A DNA stretch of 64,000 nucleotides from a bacterium (GTDB lineage Bacteria > Patescibacteriota > Patescibacteriia > Patescibacteriales > UBA12465), in assembly GCA_021806615.1 (NCBI GenBank), contig JAJZRB010000004.1:7664-71663 (forward strand). The letters run 5' to 3'. Shown here one piece after another: positions 1-9,008 of this stretch (the first letter of the stretch is position 1; every line of letters starts with the position of its first letter). The notes beneath the pieces are model-generated. The model made no database searches, was not told the DNA's origin, and saw only the letters and a list, made by a program, of their open reading frames with translations. Made by a program: the position numbers and the translations under genes.

Positions 1-2625
1 GTCTTTTATCAATTGGACATATTCATCGCCTAAGACTTTCAATTTCGGGCTCTTAACGGTCAATTCGCCGAGCATCTGCCTGATCTTGATGCCGGCCGCA
101 TCGCGCTGAGCCAGGCCCAATTCAACGATCCGGCGCGCGAGAGCCATATCGGCTAAGACCGCTTCGGGCGTTGCGCCGGGCAGAAGATGCCTGAATATTT
201 TTTTCAGACTGGCGAGACGGCTGGAAGAAGATGGCCAGCTCTCCAAATGGACTGAGCGGCCAGAATCATGAAAATCATATCCACTCGCTTTCTGCCAGAG
301 ATTTTCCGCCATGAAAGGCATAAACGGAGCCATAAGTTTCGCGAGCTCCATCAGGACATAACGGGTAGTAACCAGGGCGCTATTCTTATCTGCGGCATTC
401 TCCGATTTGAAACGATCGCGGCTGCGGCGCAGGTACCAGGTGGAGAGTTCATCGATGAAATCGGTTATCGGCCTGATGGCCTTAGGCAGATTATACGCTT
501 CCATAGCTTCAGTCACTTCCTGGCTCAAATCCGCCAGCTTCGCCAGGATCCATTTATCTAGAATATTATGGCTCAGCTTTTGGTCGTTTTTAAGAGAACC
601 GTCAGCGTCACGGCTGAACATTTCATAGAATTTATAGACATTCCATAAGATCATGATATTCTTCCGGAGCGCTTCTTCCACGCTTTTTTCAGAAAAATTC
701 AAATTTTCCGCTTGCATGACCGGCGAAGCGACCAGGTAGGCGCGCAGGGCGTCGGAGCCGTATTTTTCCATGATCTGCAAAGGATCCGGATAATTATTCA
801 AGCGCTTGGACATCTTCTTGCCGTCTTCGGCGAGCGCGATGCCGTTAACGATGACATTCTGGTAAGCATGGCTCTTGAAAATGCCGCCGGAAATGACATG
901 CAGATAATAGAACCAGGCGCGGGTTTGATCCACGCCTTCGGCGATGAATTGCGCCGGAAAATTCTTCTCAAACTTATCTTTATTCTCCATGGGATAGTGC
1001 AGCTGGGCGAAAGGCATGGAACCGGATTCAAACCAGCAATCGATAACATCGCTCACGCGCGTCATTTGTCCGCCGCATTTCTCGCATTTGAAAGTCAAAG
1101 GATCGACTTTATCCTTATGGATATCGTTTATTTCCTGCCCGGTTAATCCGGCCAGCTCGGCGACGCTGCCGATGACGCGGCGTTCGCCGCAGGCGCATTC
1201 CCAGATCGGAATCGCGCTTGCCCAGAAACGCTGGCGAGAAATAGACCAGTCGCGCGCGCCCTCCAGCCAATTGCCGAAACGCCCTTCCTTAATATAATCC
1301 GGCGACCAATTTATATTTTTTGCTTTATCCAGGAGCCGGTCTTTTATCTTCGTCACGCCGACGAACCAGGACGAAGTCGCATAATTGATGAGCGGCGTAT
1401 CGCAGCGCCAGCAGTGCGGATAGCTATGTTCATATTTTTCTTTCTTAAATAAGGTCCCGTGGGCGGCCAGATATCTGATGATCTCCACGTCGGTCGCCGT
1501 ATGGTCGTCAATCGGCTTGACATGCCGGCCGCGGAAATCTTTCACTTCCCCCTTGAAGACGCCGTCTAATCCGACATGCTGGATGAAAGGTAATTCTTTC
1601 TCGCGCCCCAGCTTCATATCATCTTCGCCGAAAGCCGGAGCGATATGGACGACGCCGGTCCCGTCCGTCGTCGTCACGAAATCGGCGGCATATATCTTCC
1701 AGCCGCGGACATGGTTAGGCAGAGATTCGTCGGAAGCATAATAATCGAATAACGGCCGGTAAGCGCGCCCGACCAGGTCATCGCCCTCATATTTTTCCAG
1801 GACTTTATAGTCTTCCCGATCAGAGAAAACATCGGCCAGGCGATCGGCCGCCACGATGAATTTTTCCGGACCGCTTTCCACTTTGACGTATCTTATCTCT
1901 CCGCCCACGGCTAAAGCGACGTTCCCGATAAGCGTCCAAGGGGTAGTCGTCCAAGCCAAGACATAAGTTCCCGGCTCATCGACTAATTCAAACTTGGCGA
2001 TGCAGGATAAATCCTTGATATCGCGGTATCCTTCGGTCACTTCCGATTGCGATAAGGTGGTCTCGCAGCGCGGACAGATGTGCATGGACCGATAATCTTT
2101 ATAGATCAAGCCTTCGTCCCAAAGCCTCTTGAAAGCCCACCAGATAGAATCCATGAAAGAAAGATCCATCGTCTTATAAGCGTTATCCATATCCGCCCAA
2201 CGGCCTAATCGCCTGACGACTTTCTTCCATTCATCGACATAAGTCAGGACCCGGGCGCGGCAGAGATCATTGAATTTCGCGACACCCAGATCGATGATTT
2301 CCTTCTTAGTCTTCGTACCTAATTCTTTCTCCACGATGTTCTCTATCGGCAAGCCGTGGCAATCCCAGCCCCATTTACGCTCCACCCGATAACCGCGCAT
2401 GGTCTGATAGCGCGGCATGACATCTTTCATGATGCTCGCGACGATATGGCCGTAATGCGGCGTACCGGTCGCAAACGGCGGACCGTCATAAAAGACATAG
2501 TCGCCTCGCGGCGCGGGCTTAGTCAGGCTTTTATTGAAAATGTCCGCTTTCTCCCAAAAATCCAAAACTTTTTCTTCCAGTTGCGGAAAGGATTCGGAGG
2601 CGTTTTTCTTTTGTGATTCAGGCAT
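1..2625 (-). CDS. ileS: isoleucyl-tRNA synthetase, N-terminal ~875 codons (3' end of the gene lies beyond window position 1)
   Basis: Absent from the ORF track because there is no stop inside the window. Hand translation of the minus strand from ATG at 2625-2623 gives MPESQKKNASESFPQLEEKVLDFWEKADIFNKSLTKPAPRGDYVFYDGPPFATGTPHYGHIVASIMKDVMPRYQTMRGYRVERKWGWDCHGLPIE. It has a class I HIGH-type signature (PHYGH) and a GWDCHGLP block typical of IleRS. I checked that the frame is still open over the last ~16 codons at position 1. Only short shadow ORFs lie on the + strand. Confidence 0.8.
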   Translation of the reverse strand, partial: MPESQKKNASESFPQLEEKVLDFWEKADIFNKSLTKPAPRGDYVFYDGPPFATGTPHYGHIVASIMKDVMPRYQTMRGYRVERKWGWDCHGLPIENIVEKELGTKTKKEIIDLGVAKFNDLCRARVLTYVDEWKKVVRRLGRWADMDNAYKTMDLSFMDSIWWAFKRLWDEGLIYKDYRSMHICPRCETTLSQSEVTEGYRDIKDLSCIAKFELVDEPGTYVLAWTTTPWTLIGNVALAVGGEIRYVKVESGPEKFIVAADRLADVFSDREDYKVLEKYEGDDLVGRAYRPLFDYYASDESLPNHVRGWKIYAADFVTTTDGTGVVHIAPAFGEDDMKLGREKELPFIQHVGLDGVFKGEVKDFRGRHVKPIDDHTATDVEIIRYLAAHGTLFKKEKYEHSYPHCWRCDTPLINYATSSWFVGVTKIKDRLLDKAKNINWSPDYIKEGRFGNWLEGARDWSISRQRFWASAIPIWECACGERRVIGSVAELAGLTGQEINDIHKDKVDPLTFKCEKCGGQMTRVSDVIDCWFESGSMPFAQLHYPMENKDKFEKNFPAQFIAEGVDQTRAWFYYLHVISGGIFKSHAYQNVIVNGIALAEDGKKMSKRLNNYPDPLQIMEKYGSDALRAYLVASPVMQAENLNFSEKSVEEALRKNIMILWNVYKFYEMFSRDADGSLKNDQKLSHNILDKWILAKLADLSQEVTEAMEAYNLPKAIRPITDFIDELSTWYLRRSRDRFKSENAADKNSALVTTRYVLMELAKLMAPFMPFMAENLWQKASGYDFHDSGRSVHLESWPSSSSRLASLKKIFRHLLPGATPEAVLADMALARRIVELGLAQRDAAGIKIRQMLGELTVKSPKLKVLGDEYVQLIKD

Positions 2626-2659
2626 AAGCTTAAAGCTAATAAGCTAAATTGATAAAAAT

Positions 2660-3190
2660 TTATTCTTGCGGACCGGCGGGCGCCTTAAGGGCGCGCAATT
2701 CAAAATATATCTCATCGTAAATATTGGATAAAAAATAATTCAAGATTCTTTTACCGGGCAGAAGATTGCGGAAGAAATGTTTGGCGTCCCGATATTCGGT
2801 TTTCGCGATCAGTTCGGTCTTGAGGACGGCGAAGCGGGCGGCGCTATAAAAATTAAGAGGGTTATCAACAGAAAAATATTTAAAGCTGGTTTCGGTGAAA
2901 AAATGGCGGTGTGTCGGATCGGTAAAAGCGCTGTTGCTCTTGAAATAGGGGACGGAAATCCTGACGAGCGCTCCCGGCGCCGCCAGGCGGTAGACTTCTT
3001 CCATGACCTTGATGACATCATCCAGATGTTCCAGGACATTATCCATGATTATTTCCTCGGCCGAACCGTCCGGAAAAGGATAAGGAAAGATATTAAGGTC
3101 ATGGACAATATCCGTCGCGCCGGCCTGGAGCTTATCCACGCCGATGAATCCGGCTAACTTTTTGGCACCGCACCCGAGATTTAACTTCAT
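2660..3190 (-). CDS. class I SAM-dependent methyltransferase (Methyltransf_11-like), substrate unknown
   Basis: 176-aa ORF. It has an N-terminal LNLGCGAKK...GVD glycine-rich SAM loop, then MDNVLEHLDD and PGALVRISVP blocks typical of small class I MTases. Confidence 0.7.
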   Translation of the reverse strand: MKLNLGCGAKKLAGFIGVDKLQAGATDIVHDLNIFPYPFPDGSAEEIIMDNVLEHLDDVIKVMEEVYRLAAPGALVRISVPYFKSNSAFTDPTHRHFFTETSFKYFSVDNPLNFYSAARFAVLKTELIAKTEYRDAKHFFRNLLPGKRILNYFLSNIYDEIYFELRALKAPAGPQE

Positions 3191-3231
3191 ATGATTGGAA
3201 GCGCCTTATTCGCGCTATTGAACAATAACCT

Positions 3232-3969
3232 TTATTTCCTGGCCGTCACGATAAGATTTTTCTTGCGATGAGGCAATAAGAGGCCGCTTAGATTATTAAA
3301 GGCTCTAGATAGCCAGGCGACCCTTTGATGATTGAAATTACGATATTTTATCTTTTCTACGTTCAGGCCGTTCTTCGTCAATAAGTAGGCGAGATCCGAC
3401 GCGGTGAATTCACAGTAATAATCGGCCGGCAGATTTTTCGCGGACGGGCGACCGCCTCTGGCCGGCACGATCTTGGCCATATTATTGAAGCGCAACAAAT
3501 TGGCCGCGGTCATTATCAGGATCCCGCCCGGCTTGAGCAGGCGGGCGATCTCTGAAAAGAAGCGTTCCGGCTGGTGATTGACTGTCTCCGGGATCTCGCT
3601 GACCAGGATAACGTCAAACTTGCGGCTGGAAAAAGGACTTTTCTTGAGGGCTAAGTCGCTCGCGACATTGTTTATTCCCAGGCGCTTGAAGCGCTTGGAG
3701 AATTCTGCTACCCGTTCGGGCCGATCCAGGCCATAGGAATCATAGCCGATAAGCTTCGCGCCGAAGCAAGGATAACCGAATGACGAGCCGATATCTAAGA
3801 ATTTGGCGCCGGGCCGATAATATTTCTGGCCGATCTTGAACAGATAGCTCAGTTGTCGCTTATGTGCCGCCAGATATTGCTCTTCGCCAGCCGGCTGGCT
3901 CTCGCCGGCCTGGCCGGCCAATCCGCTGGTCGCAAATTCAGCTTGGACGTTCTTCAGGATCTTATTCAT
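3232..3969 (-). CDS. class I SAM-dependent methyltransferase, substrate unknown
   Basis: 245-aa ORF with FLDIGSSFGY (motif I), YGLD acidic loop, FDVILVSE and LLKPGGILIM blocks. No N/D-PP-Y/F motif of DNA amino-MTases was seen. Confidence 0.65.
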   Translation of the reverse strand: MNKILKNVQAEFATSGLAGQAGESQPAGEEQYLAAHKRQLSYLFKIGQKYYRPGAKFLDIGSSFGYPCFGAKLIGYDSYGLDRPERVAEFSKRFKRLGINNVASDLALKKSPFSSRKFDVILVSEIPETVNHQPERFFSEIARLLKPGGILIMTAANLLRFNNMAKIVPARGGRPSAKNLPADYYCEFTASDLAYLLTKNGLNVEKIKYRNFNHQRVAWLSRAFNNLSGLLLPHRKKNLIVTARK

Positions 3970-3982
3970 AAATACATAAACT

Positions 3983-4342
3983 TTAAATTTCTTCTAAACT
4001 AAAGACTAAGATACCATATTCTTTCAGGCGCTGCCCATAACCGGGGAAGCTGAGATACTTTTTCTGCATTGCGGCGGCATCAGATTGATCCGGATTGATC
4101 TCTTGGGGCGCATAGGCGGCAAATAATCCAGCGAAATCCTTGTAATGCTCGACTTGCTTGACCCGCCGGCGGATTTTCTCAGTGCCGCAAGAAAATTCAA
4201 TCATATCGCCCGGCTGGATCTGCAGATAGGCCGGACTCCCCGCCCGAGTTTCTATTTCTTTCCGTCCGGATCTGATCAGTTCAAAGGTCGGCCGATGCTC
4301 GGCTAAAAACGGGAGATGGTGGATGAGCGGTCTGGCTTTCAT
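3983..4342 (-). CDS. ASCH (PUA-like) domain protein
   Basis: 119-aa ORF. The pattern FELIRSGRKEIETR...IQPGDMIEF resembles ASCH beta-barrel proteins. The call is motif-level only. Confidence 0.45.
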   Translation of the reverse strand: MKARPLIHHLPFLAEHRPTFELIRSGRKEIETRAGSPAYLQIQPGDMIEFSCGTEKIRRRVKQVEHYKDFAGLFAAYAPQEINPDQSDAAAMQKKYLSFPGYGQRLKEYGILVFSLEEI

Positions 4343-4396
4343 ATATTTTTAAGCCTATTTCCTAACATTATTCGTTTTTTTAGAAAAATATAAAGA

Positions 4397-4425
4397 TTGT
4401 TAATTAGTTAAGAATATACTATAAT
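4397..4425 (+). promoter_or_regulatory. sigma70-like promoter (TTGTTA-17 nt-TATAAT) for the HNH gene; implies a leaderless mRNA
   Basis: TTGTTA at 4397-4402 and TATAAT at 4420-4425 with a 17-nt spacer. The -10 box ends 6 nt before the ATG at 4432, and no Shine-Dalgarno is possible. Confidence 0.4.
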
Positions 4426-4431
4426 TTTAAC

Positions 4432-5022
4432 ATGCCTAAATGCAAAATCAAAGGATGTCAAAATTATACTCAATATGCCAATACTAAGCATAAATATTGT
4501 CTTATGCATTTAGCCCGTATCAGACGCCACGGTTACCCAGAGTCAAAAAAAGAAAAAGGAGAGCATGCCTTAGAAAAATTACCTCATACCGTAGTTGATG
4601 ATATTATATTAAAAAACTGTAAACGGATGCTAGATAAAGAAATTGCTTCAAAACTGGAGAGTTTGGGTATTAAAGGAGCAACGCCATGGAATGTCAGATA
4701 TCGCCGAAGAAAGTTGGGGGTTAGAAAATACTTATACGGAGAAATACAAAAACATAAAGCCTGGATAAGGGAGCAAGCGATAGAAAAATATGGTAACCGA
4801 TGTGAACTGTGTTATTACCCTTTGTCTATTGATACTCATCATATTATTCCAAAGTACAAAGGTGGACGACATGAAATAGATAATCTTATGGTAGTGTGCC
4901 CCAACTGCCACGCCTTAATTACAAGAAATCTCATAAAAATAAATAATCGTAAAGATATTACAAAAATTGGCAAGTCTATCAGAAAAAAAATAAGAAATAT
5001 CTATACTTTACCATTAATGTAG
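4432..5022 (+). CDS. free-standing HNH endonuclease (homing-endonuclease/phage-like)
   Basis: 196-aa ORF. The C-terminal HNH core reads CELCYYPLSIDTHHIIPKYKGGRHEIDNLMVVCPNCHALI. The N-terminal Cys/His cluster reads CKIKGC...KYCLMH followed by RIRRHG. The gene is visibly AT-rich and is a lone + strand gene in a minus-strand block. Confidence 0.8.
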   Translation: MPKCKIKGCQNYTQYANTKHKYCLMHLARIRRHGYPESKKEKGEHALEKLPHTVVDDIILKNCKRMLDKEIASKLESLGIKGATPWNVRYRRRKLGVRKYLYGEIQKHKAWIREQAIEKYGNRCELCYYPLSIDTHHIIPKYKGGRHEIDNLMVVCPNCHALITRNLIKINNRKDITKIGKSIRKKIRNIYTLPLM

Positions 5023-7800
5023 TTTTTGGGACCGATGATAAGGAGCATTAATCATGCCACATTTCTTGTACTTATAAACCTCTCCGGTTTTAGGATTGAC
5101 TGCCCCACACGGACAGGGATCATTCCGCCCGACTTTTTCTCCGCTTTCATCCTTGACCTTGTCGCGGACCAGATCGATCGTATTCCGGAGAGCCGCTTCT
5201 TTATGCATCTCCTTAGCCGCTCCGGAAAATTCTAATTTTTTCTCCGGCTCGTCGGCAAAAATCTGGATCTGCTGAGCCTGCGCCGTTATCAAAGCGTCGC
5301 CGGTCTTATAAATGGAATAGACGACCTGCCGGCTGATCAGCTGGTTTAATTCTTGATAAAGCTGATAGGCTTCTTTCTTGTATTCTACGAGCGGATCACG
5401 CTGGCCATAACCGCGCAGACCGATGCCGCGGCGCAGATAATCTACGGTCTCTAGATGTTCCACCCACATCTCGTCAATGGATCTGATAAGTATCCCCTTT
5501 TCCACCTCTTTGAATTCTAGGTTGGCCGCTGAAAAATTCTGGCGCAGGGTTTCATATTTAGCTTCCGCCGCGGCGATCAGATAATTGATAATATCTTCCC
5601 GGATGGCGTCTCTGCCTTTCGCCTGTTTAGCCAGTTCGGCCAATTTGCTACTAATCCCTTCGCCTGCCGTCCAGATCGTCCGCATCGTTTCCTCTATTTC
5701 TTTCAGATTCCACTCGCTCACGTTATCAACGGCCGTATGGAAAGTGACGATACTGGCGATTTCTGCGCGCACCATCTCCAAGATGATGCCGGCCAGGCTG
5801 CGTTCGGCGGCTTGATCGCCGGGTTCGGACGCGGCGACGCTGACGCCTTCGGACAATTCCAAGATCTCCCGACGCCGCTTATAGATCGCCGTCCGATGCT
5901 TATTGATGACATCGTCATATTCCACCAGATGTTTCCGGATATCAAAGTTATTGCCTTCCACTTTCTTCTGGGCGCTTTCAATGGATTTAGAGATCATCCG
6001 GTTCTCTATAGGCATATCGGCCGGCACGTTCAAAGTGGTCATCAGGTTCTTCATCCGTTCGCCGCCGAATATGCGCATCAGATCGTCTTCCGTAGAAACA
6101 TAGAATTGCGAAGAACCGGGATCGCCTTGGCGTCCGGCGCGGCCGCGCAGCTGATTATCAATGCGCCGCGATTCGTGGCGCTCGGTACCGATAACGTGCA
6201 AGCCGCCTAAAGCGCGCACGGCTTCCTGTTCGCCTGCTTCCGGCGGGTTGCCGCCTAGGATGATATCCACGCCGCGGCCGGCCATATTCGTCGCTAAAGT
6301 GATCGCTCCCCGGCGTCCGGCTTGAGCGATTATCTCCGCTTCTTTCTGATGATTTTTGGCGTTTAACATCTGGGGACGCAGGCCTTCGCGTTGCATCAGT
6401 TCAGCGAAAATTTCGTTCTTTTCAATAGAAATCGTCCCGACTAAGATAGGCTGGCCGTTCTTATTCCTCTCTTTGATATCGCGGATGACGGCCTGAAACT
6501 TATCCATCTCCGTGCGATAGATAAGATCATTAAGGTCTTTGCGGATATTCGGCTTATTGGTCGGGATGACTATCGTGTCTAACTTATAAATCTTATGGAA
6601 TTCTTCCGCTTCCGTCGCCGCTGTTCCGGTCATGCCGGATAATTTCTTGTAAAGGCGGAAAAGATTCTGGAAAGTTATGGTCGCCATGGTCCGGGATTCT
6701 TTCTGGACTTTGACGCCTTCTTTCGCTTCGATCGCCTGATGCAGGCCCTCGCTATAGCGTCGGCCCGGCATGAGCCGTCCGGTGAATTCATCGACGATGA
6801 TGATTTCCCCGTCTTTGACGACATAGTCCTTATCGCGCTTGAATAAGACGCGCGCCTTAAGGGCCTGTTCCAGATGATGGACTTCTCTCACGCCGCCTTC
6901 CACATAGATATTCCCGAGACCGAGGATCTTTTCTACTTTGGCAATGCCGCCTTCAGTCAGCGTCGCGGCCCGCATCTTCTCATCAACGTTATAGTCATCA
7001 TTTTCTACAAGCCCGGAAACGATCTGAGAAAATTTGAAATACTTATCGGTCGATTCTTCGGCCGGCGCGCTGATAATGAGCGGGGTACGGGCTTCATCGA
7101 TAAGAATGGAGTCTATTTCATCTACGATGGCGTAATGCAGGGGGCGCTGGACGGCCTGGTCCAAGGTATAAACCATATTGTCGCGAAGATAGTCAAAACC
7201 GAATTCATTGTTCGTGCCGTAAGTAATATCGCAATCATAGGCTTCGCGGCGCGGGATGCGGCGGAAATGCTGGAGACGCTCGTCAAATTGGCTTTCGTCA
7301 ACATATTCCGGATCATAAACATAGGCGTTCTCATGGACAATGACGCCGGTAGACAAACCGAGGGCGTGATAGACCGGCGCCATCCAGCCGGCGCCTAAAC
7401 GGGACAGGTAATCATTGACGGTGATCAGATGGACTCCTTCTCCGGTAAGCGCGTTCAGATATAAAGGCAGGGTCGCCACCAAAGTCTTGCCTTCTCCGGT
7501 TTTCATTTCCGCTATCTGCCCGCGATGGAGAACGATGCCGCCTACTAGCTGGACATCGAAATGGCGCTGATTCAAAATACGGCTCGCGGCTTCGCGCGCG
7601 AGAGCAAAAGCTTCAGGGAGAAGATCGTCCAAACCTTCTCCTCCGGCTAAACGTCCCTTGAATTCCGAGGTTTTCGCCTTTAATCCTTCGGCTGATAATT
7701 TCTTGAAATCCGCCTCAAAACTGCCGATTTTATTGATTATCGGCTGCATATTCTTCACGATCTTTTCATTAGCATCTCCGAAGATATTAAATAGATTCAT
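5014..7800 (-). CDS. secA: preprotein translocase ATPase SecA
   Basis: 928 aa with MKTGEGKTL Walker A, IVDEIDSILIDEARTPLII, TNMAGRGVDI, and a C-terminal CPCG...KKCG zinc-finger-like tail. Confidence 0.97.
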   Translation of the reverse strand: MNLFNIFGDANEKIVKNMQPIINKIGSFEADFKKLSAEGLKAKTSEFKGRLAGGEGLDDLLPEAFALAREAASRILNQRHFDVQLVGGIVLHRGQIAEMKTGEGKTLVATLPLYLNALTGEGVHLITVNDYLSRLGAGWMAPVYHALGLSTGVIVHENAYVYDPEYVDESQFDERLQHFRRIPRREAYDCDITYGTNNEFGFDYLRDNMVYTLDQAVQRPLHYAIVDEIDSILIDEARTPLIISAPAEESTDKYFKFSQIVSGLVENDDYNVDEKMRAATLTEGGIAKVEKILGLGNIYVEGGVREVHHLEQALKARVLFKRDKDYVVKDGEIIIVDEFTGRLMPGRRYSEGLHQAIEAKEGVKVQKESRTMATITFQNLFRLYKKLSGMTGTAATEAEEFHKIYKLDTIVIPTNKPNIRKDLNDLIYRTEMDKFQAVIRDIKERNKNGQPILVGTISIEKNEIFAELMQREGLRPQMLNAKNHQKEAEIIAQAGRRGAITLATNMAGRGVDIILGGNPPEAGEQEAVRALGGLHVIGTERHESRRIDNQLRGRAGRQGDPGSSQFYVSTEDDLMRIFGGERMKNLMTTLNVPADMPIENRMISKSIESAQKKVEGNNFDIRKHLVEYDDVINKHRTAIYKRRREILELSEGVSVAASEPGDQAAERSLAGIILEMVRAEIASIVTFHTAVDNVSEWNLKEIEETMRTIWTAGEGISSKLAELAKQAKGRDAIREDIINYLIAAAEAKYETLRQNFSAANLEFKEVEKGILIRSIDEMWVEHLETVDYLRRGIGLRGYGQRDPLVEYKKEAYQLYQELNQLISRQVVYSIYKTGDALITAQAQQIQIFADEPEKKLEFSGAAKEMHKEAALRNTIDLVRDKVKDESGEKVGRNDPCPCGAVNPKTGEVYKYKKCGMINAPYHRSQKLH

Positions 7801-7920
7801 ATTTACCTAGTTTTACATAAAAATAAATAAGACTCAAGTCATCCTTTAGCTCTAATCTTAGTATAATACGGATTATGGATTAAATAAATATTGACTTATA
7901 TAAAAAAAGATGTTTTCTTT

Positions 7921-7956
7921 TTATAAAACTGCTCCGGCCAGCTGGGAGCAGTTTTA
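7921..7956 (-). terminator. rho-independent terminator after nrdB
   Basis: Inverted repeat aaaactgctcc/ggagcagtttt (7925-7935 / 7944-7955). On the minus strand it is followed by a TTTTATAAAAAG run, 33 nt downstream of the nrdB stop. Confidence 0.6.
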
Positions 7957-7988
7957 TGTAGATTTGAGTAGGTTAACGAGAATCGGGA

Positions 7989-8966
7989 TTATTTATGGGC
8001 TCGGTTATCTACTTCATATTTAGTGTTCTGCGCTTCAAAAAAATTAACTAATTCTAAGGTATCGGTTTCCGTCGCCATCCACTGAGCCGGATTGGCATCT
8101 TTGAAATGCGGCTCAAAGCCTAATTCTTCCAGACGGCGATCGGCCACATAGCGCACATACTGATTGACATAGCCGGCGTTGATGCCCAGGATGCCTCGCG
8201 GGAAAAGATCCTGGTTATAAGTATTTTCCAAATTGACGCCGTCAATGACTATCTTCTTTATTTCCGCCGCGAATTCAGGCGTAGCGACTTCTGGGTTCTC
8301 TTCCAGAATAGTTAGGATAAGATTCAAGCCGAATTTAAGGTGTAGGCTTTCATCGCGCACCACCCAGTCGACCATAGAAGCGAAATTTTTCAATTGCTGC
8401 TTCTGACGGAAGCTGAGAGCAACCATGAAGCCGCTATAGAACCATATCCCTTCCATCACGATATTAAACGCTACTAGATTGCGGACTAAATCTTGCTTGC
8501 CGCTTAAGCTGGAAATATCCAGATTCTCGGTCATGCGGCCGAGATAGTAAGCGATGAAATCTTCTTTCGCTTTAATAGACGGCGTTTCCAAATGGACATT
8601 AAAGACTTTCTCCCTATCCAGAGGGAAGGTTTCTAGGACGTATTCAAAGGCTTGGCAGTGGTTAGCTTCTTCCCACATCTGCTTTGCCAGATAAAGATGG
8701 GCTTCCGGCGCCTTCAAGTAAGGGTAGACGCCGAGAGCCAGCGAACGGTTGACGATGAGTTCGGCCGGATTGAAGAAGCTCATCAAGAAACTGACCGCAT
8801 GTTTCTCATCGGCGCCCATCTTCTTGAAGTCTTCCAAATCCTCGCCTAAGGCGATCTCATGCGGGAACCAGGTGTTGGCCACCGCTTGGTTATAAAGATC
8901 ATAAGCCCATTGGTATTTTATCGGCCGCAAGTTCATATCGGCGCTCATCGGTTTTCCTAAAATCAT
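7989..8966 (-). CDS. nrdB: ribonucleotide reductase small subunit, class Ic-like (R2c: Phe at the radical-Tyr position)
   Basis: 325 aa with ferritin-like metal motifs FFNPAE, EEANHCQAF, IVMEGIWFYSGF and RDESLHLKF. The layout closely parallels the Chlamydia-type R2 as I remember it (PIKYxWA..., FFSTAE, EEAVHTHTF). Confidence 0.9.
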   Translation of the reverse strand: MILGKPMSADMNLRPIKYQWAYDLYNQAVANTWFPHEIALGEDLEDFKKMGADEKHAVSFLMSFFNPAELIVNRSLALGVYPYLKAPEAHLYLAKQMWEEANHCQAFEYVLETFPLDREKVFNVHLETPSIKAKEDFIAYYLGRMTENLDISSLSGKQDLVRNLVAFNIVMEGIWFYSGFMVALSFRQKQQLKNFASMVDWVVRDESLHLKFGLNLILTILEENPEVATPEFAAEIKKIVIDGVNLENTYNQDLFPRGILGINAGYVNQYVRYVADRRLEELGFEPHFKDANPAQWMATETDTLELVNFFEAQNTKYEVDNRAHK

Positions 8967-9008
8967 ATGTTTGAATCTAATGAATGAATAAATATTTGAT
9001 AGAACCGT

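Noticed and set aside
268-2616. Several 73-157 aa + strand ORFs in the first 2.6 kb (e.g. 712..1146, 1016..1297, 2356..2616)
   Set aside because: They lie antisense to a continuous minus-strand reading frame that translates into an unmistakable IleRS N-terminus. They are shadow ORFs with no motifs.
2660-5022. Possible restriction-modification or defence cassette (two methyltransferases + ASCH + HNH)
   Set aside because: Both MTases look like generic small-molecule or RNA class I enzymes, with no N/D-PP-Y/F motif and no target-recognition domain. The HNH gene is on the opposite strand in a compositionally distinct insert. No specificity or ATPase partner is present.
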